In this document: positions 29,303-29,761 of the stretch, piece after piece
Layout of the letters: the number at the start of each line of letters is the position of its first letter
Position numbering within the stretch: position 1 is the first letter of the stretch
Assembly: GCA_965223905.1 (NCBI GenBank)
Contig: CBDCXV010000004.1
Span: 1 to 29,761, forward strand
Source of the DNA: Candidatus Latescibacterota bacterium
GTDB taxonomy: Bacteria > Latescibacterota > UBA2968 > UBA8231
DNA: 29,761 nt
Direction of reading: 5' to 3'
Notes under the pieces: model-generated
The model's database searches: none
The model's input: the letters and a program-made list of their open reading frames with translations, nothing else
What the model was told of the DNA's origin: nothing
Made by a program: the position numbers and the translations under genes

Positions 29303-29761
29303 ATGACTCGCGGCATCGCAACCCTGGCCCTGGCAGGGGCCGTGCTCGGCATGCTTGTCTCCCCGGTGCAGGCGCAGGAGTCTGACGAGGAAGCCGACAC
29401 CGTCGCCCCGGTGTTCGAGAGCGCCAGGACCGACGGGGGCTACGTCATCGTGACCTTCAGCGAAGAGATCACCGTCAGTCCGCAGGTCGCATACGCCATA
29501 CAGCAGTATGACGTCCCCATATACCGCTTCTTCAAGGCGGTCATGGACGTGACCGTGGACGGCCATGACGACGTTCTGTCGGACAATGACTACATCTCCG
29601 GCAACGAGCTCTGGCTGCAGTTGTCCTTCGCCGTATCCGGCCACCAGGAATTGCTCGTGTCCTACGACAACATGTTCGCCGAAAACGGAGGCGGCATCCT
29701 CGTCGACGCCGCCGGGAATGCCGTTCCGTTCTTTTCCGATCAGCCGGTCCGCAACGACGCT
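29303..29761 (+). CDS. Secreted SwmB-like domain protein (runs off the window end; absent from the ORF track)
   Basis: My translation is MTRGIATLALAGAVLGMLVSPVQAQESDEEADTVAPVFESARTDGGYVIVTFSEEITVS...SYDNMFAENGGGILVDAAGNAVPFFSDQPVRNDA. It has a signal peptide and GGAG RBS, and is homologous to 23060-23440. Confidence 0.85.
   Translation, partial: MTRGIATLALAGAVLGMLVSPVQAQESDEEADTVAPVFESARTDGGYVIVTFSEEITVSPQVAYAIQQYDVPIYRFFKAVMDVTVDGHDDVLSDNDYISGNELWLQLSFAVSGHQELLVSYDNMFAENGGGILVDAAGNAVPFFSDQPVRNDA

Overview
GC-rich bacterial DNA. The gene content (DUF6785/DUF6784-type membrane protein, NYPNPFN FlgD-Ig/T9SS-type tails, VLR-like LRR, Calx-beta and SwmB-like surface proteins, PhyH dioxygenase) resembles uncultured, often sponge-associated Latescibacterota/Gemmatimonadota-like lineages; this is inference only. 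Layout: (1) 1-6029 holds a frameshifted TonB-dependent receptor, an RsmB/NOP m5C methyltransferase, a sialidase-like beta-propeller and a multi-pass membrane protein. (2) ~6050-9290 is a more AT-rich island with a two-gene candidate anti-phage system: a TIR + unknown domain + ABC/AAA_21 ATPase fusion coupled to a DUF4276-like TOPRIM gene. It is bordered by a degenerate tRNA-fMet fragment, an amidohydrolase tail and an 18-bp direct repeat. (3) 9450-12413 holds a gene remnant, a GH-like propeller and a PhyH dioxygenase. (4) 12552-20232 holds two paralogous cytoplasmic REC-PAS histidine kinases, a small coiled-coil protein, a sigma54 promoter with candidate enhancer sites and a REC-PAS-AAA+-HTH sigma54 activator. 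(5) 20384-29761 is a co-oriented array of seven predicted secreted or surface proteins with shared junction sequences and reshuffled modules. The best candidate for an undescribed system is the TIR-ATPase/TOPRIM pair, followed by the sigma54-linked modular surface-protein array. All family assignments come from motif recognition by eye; no database searches were run.
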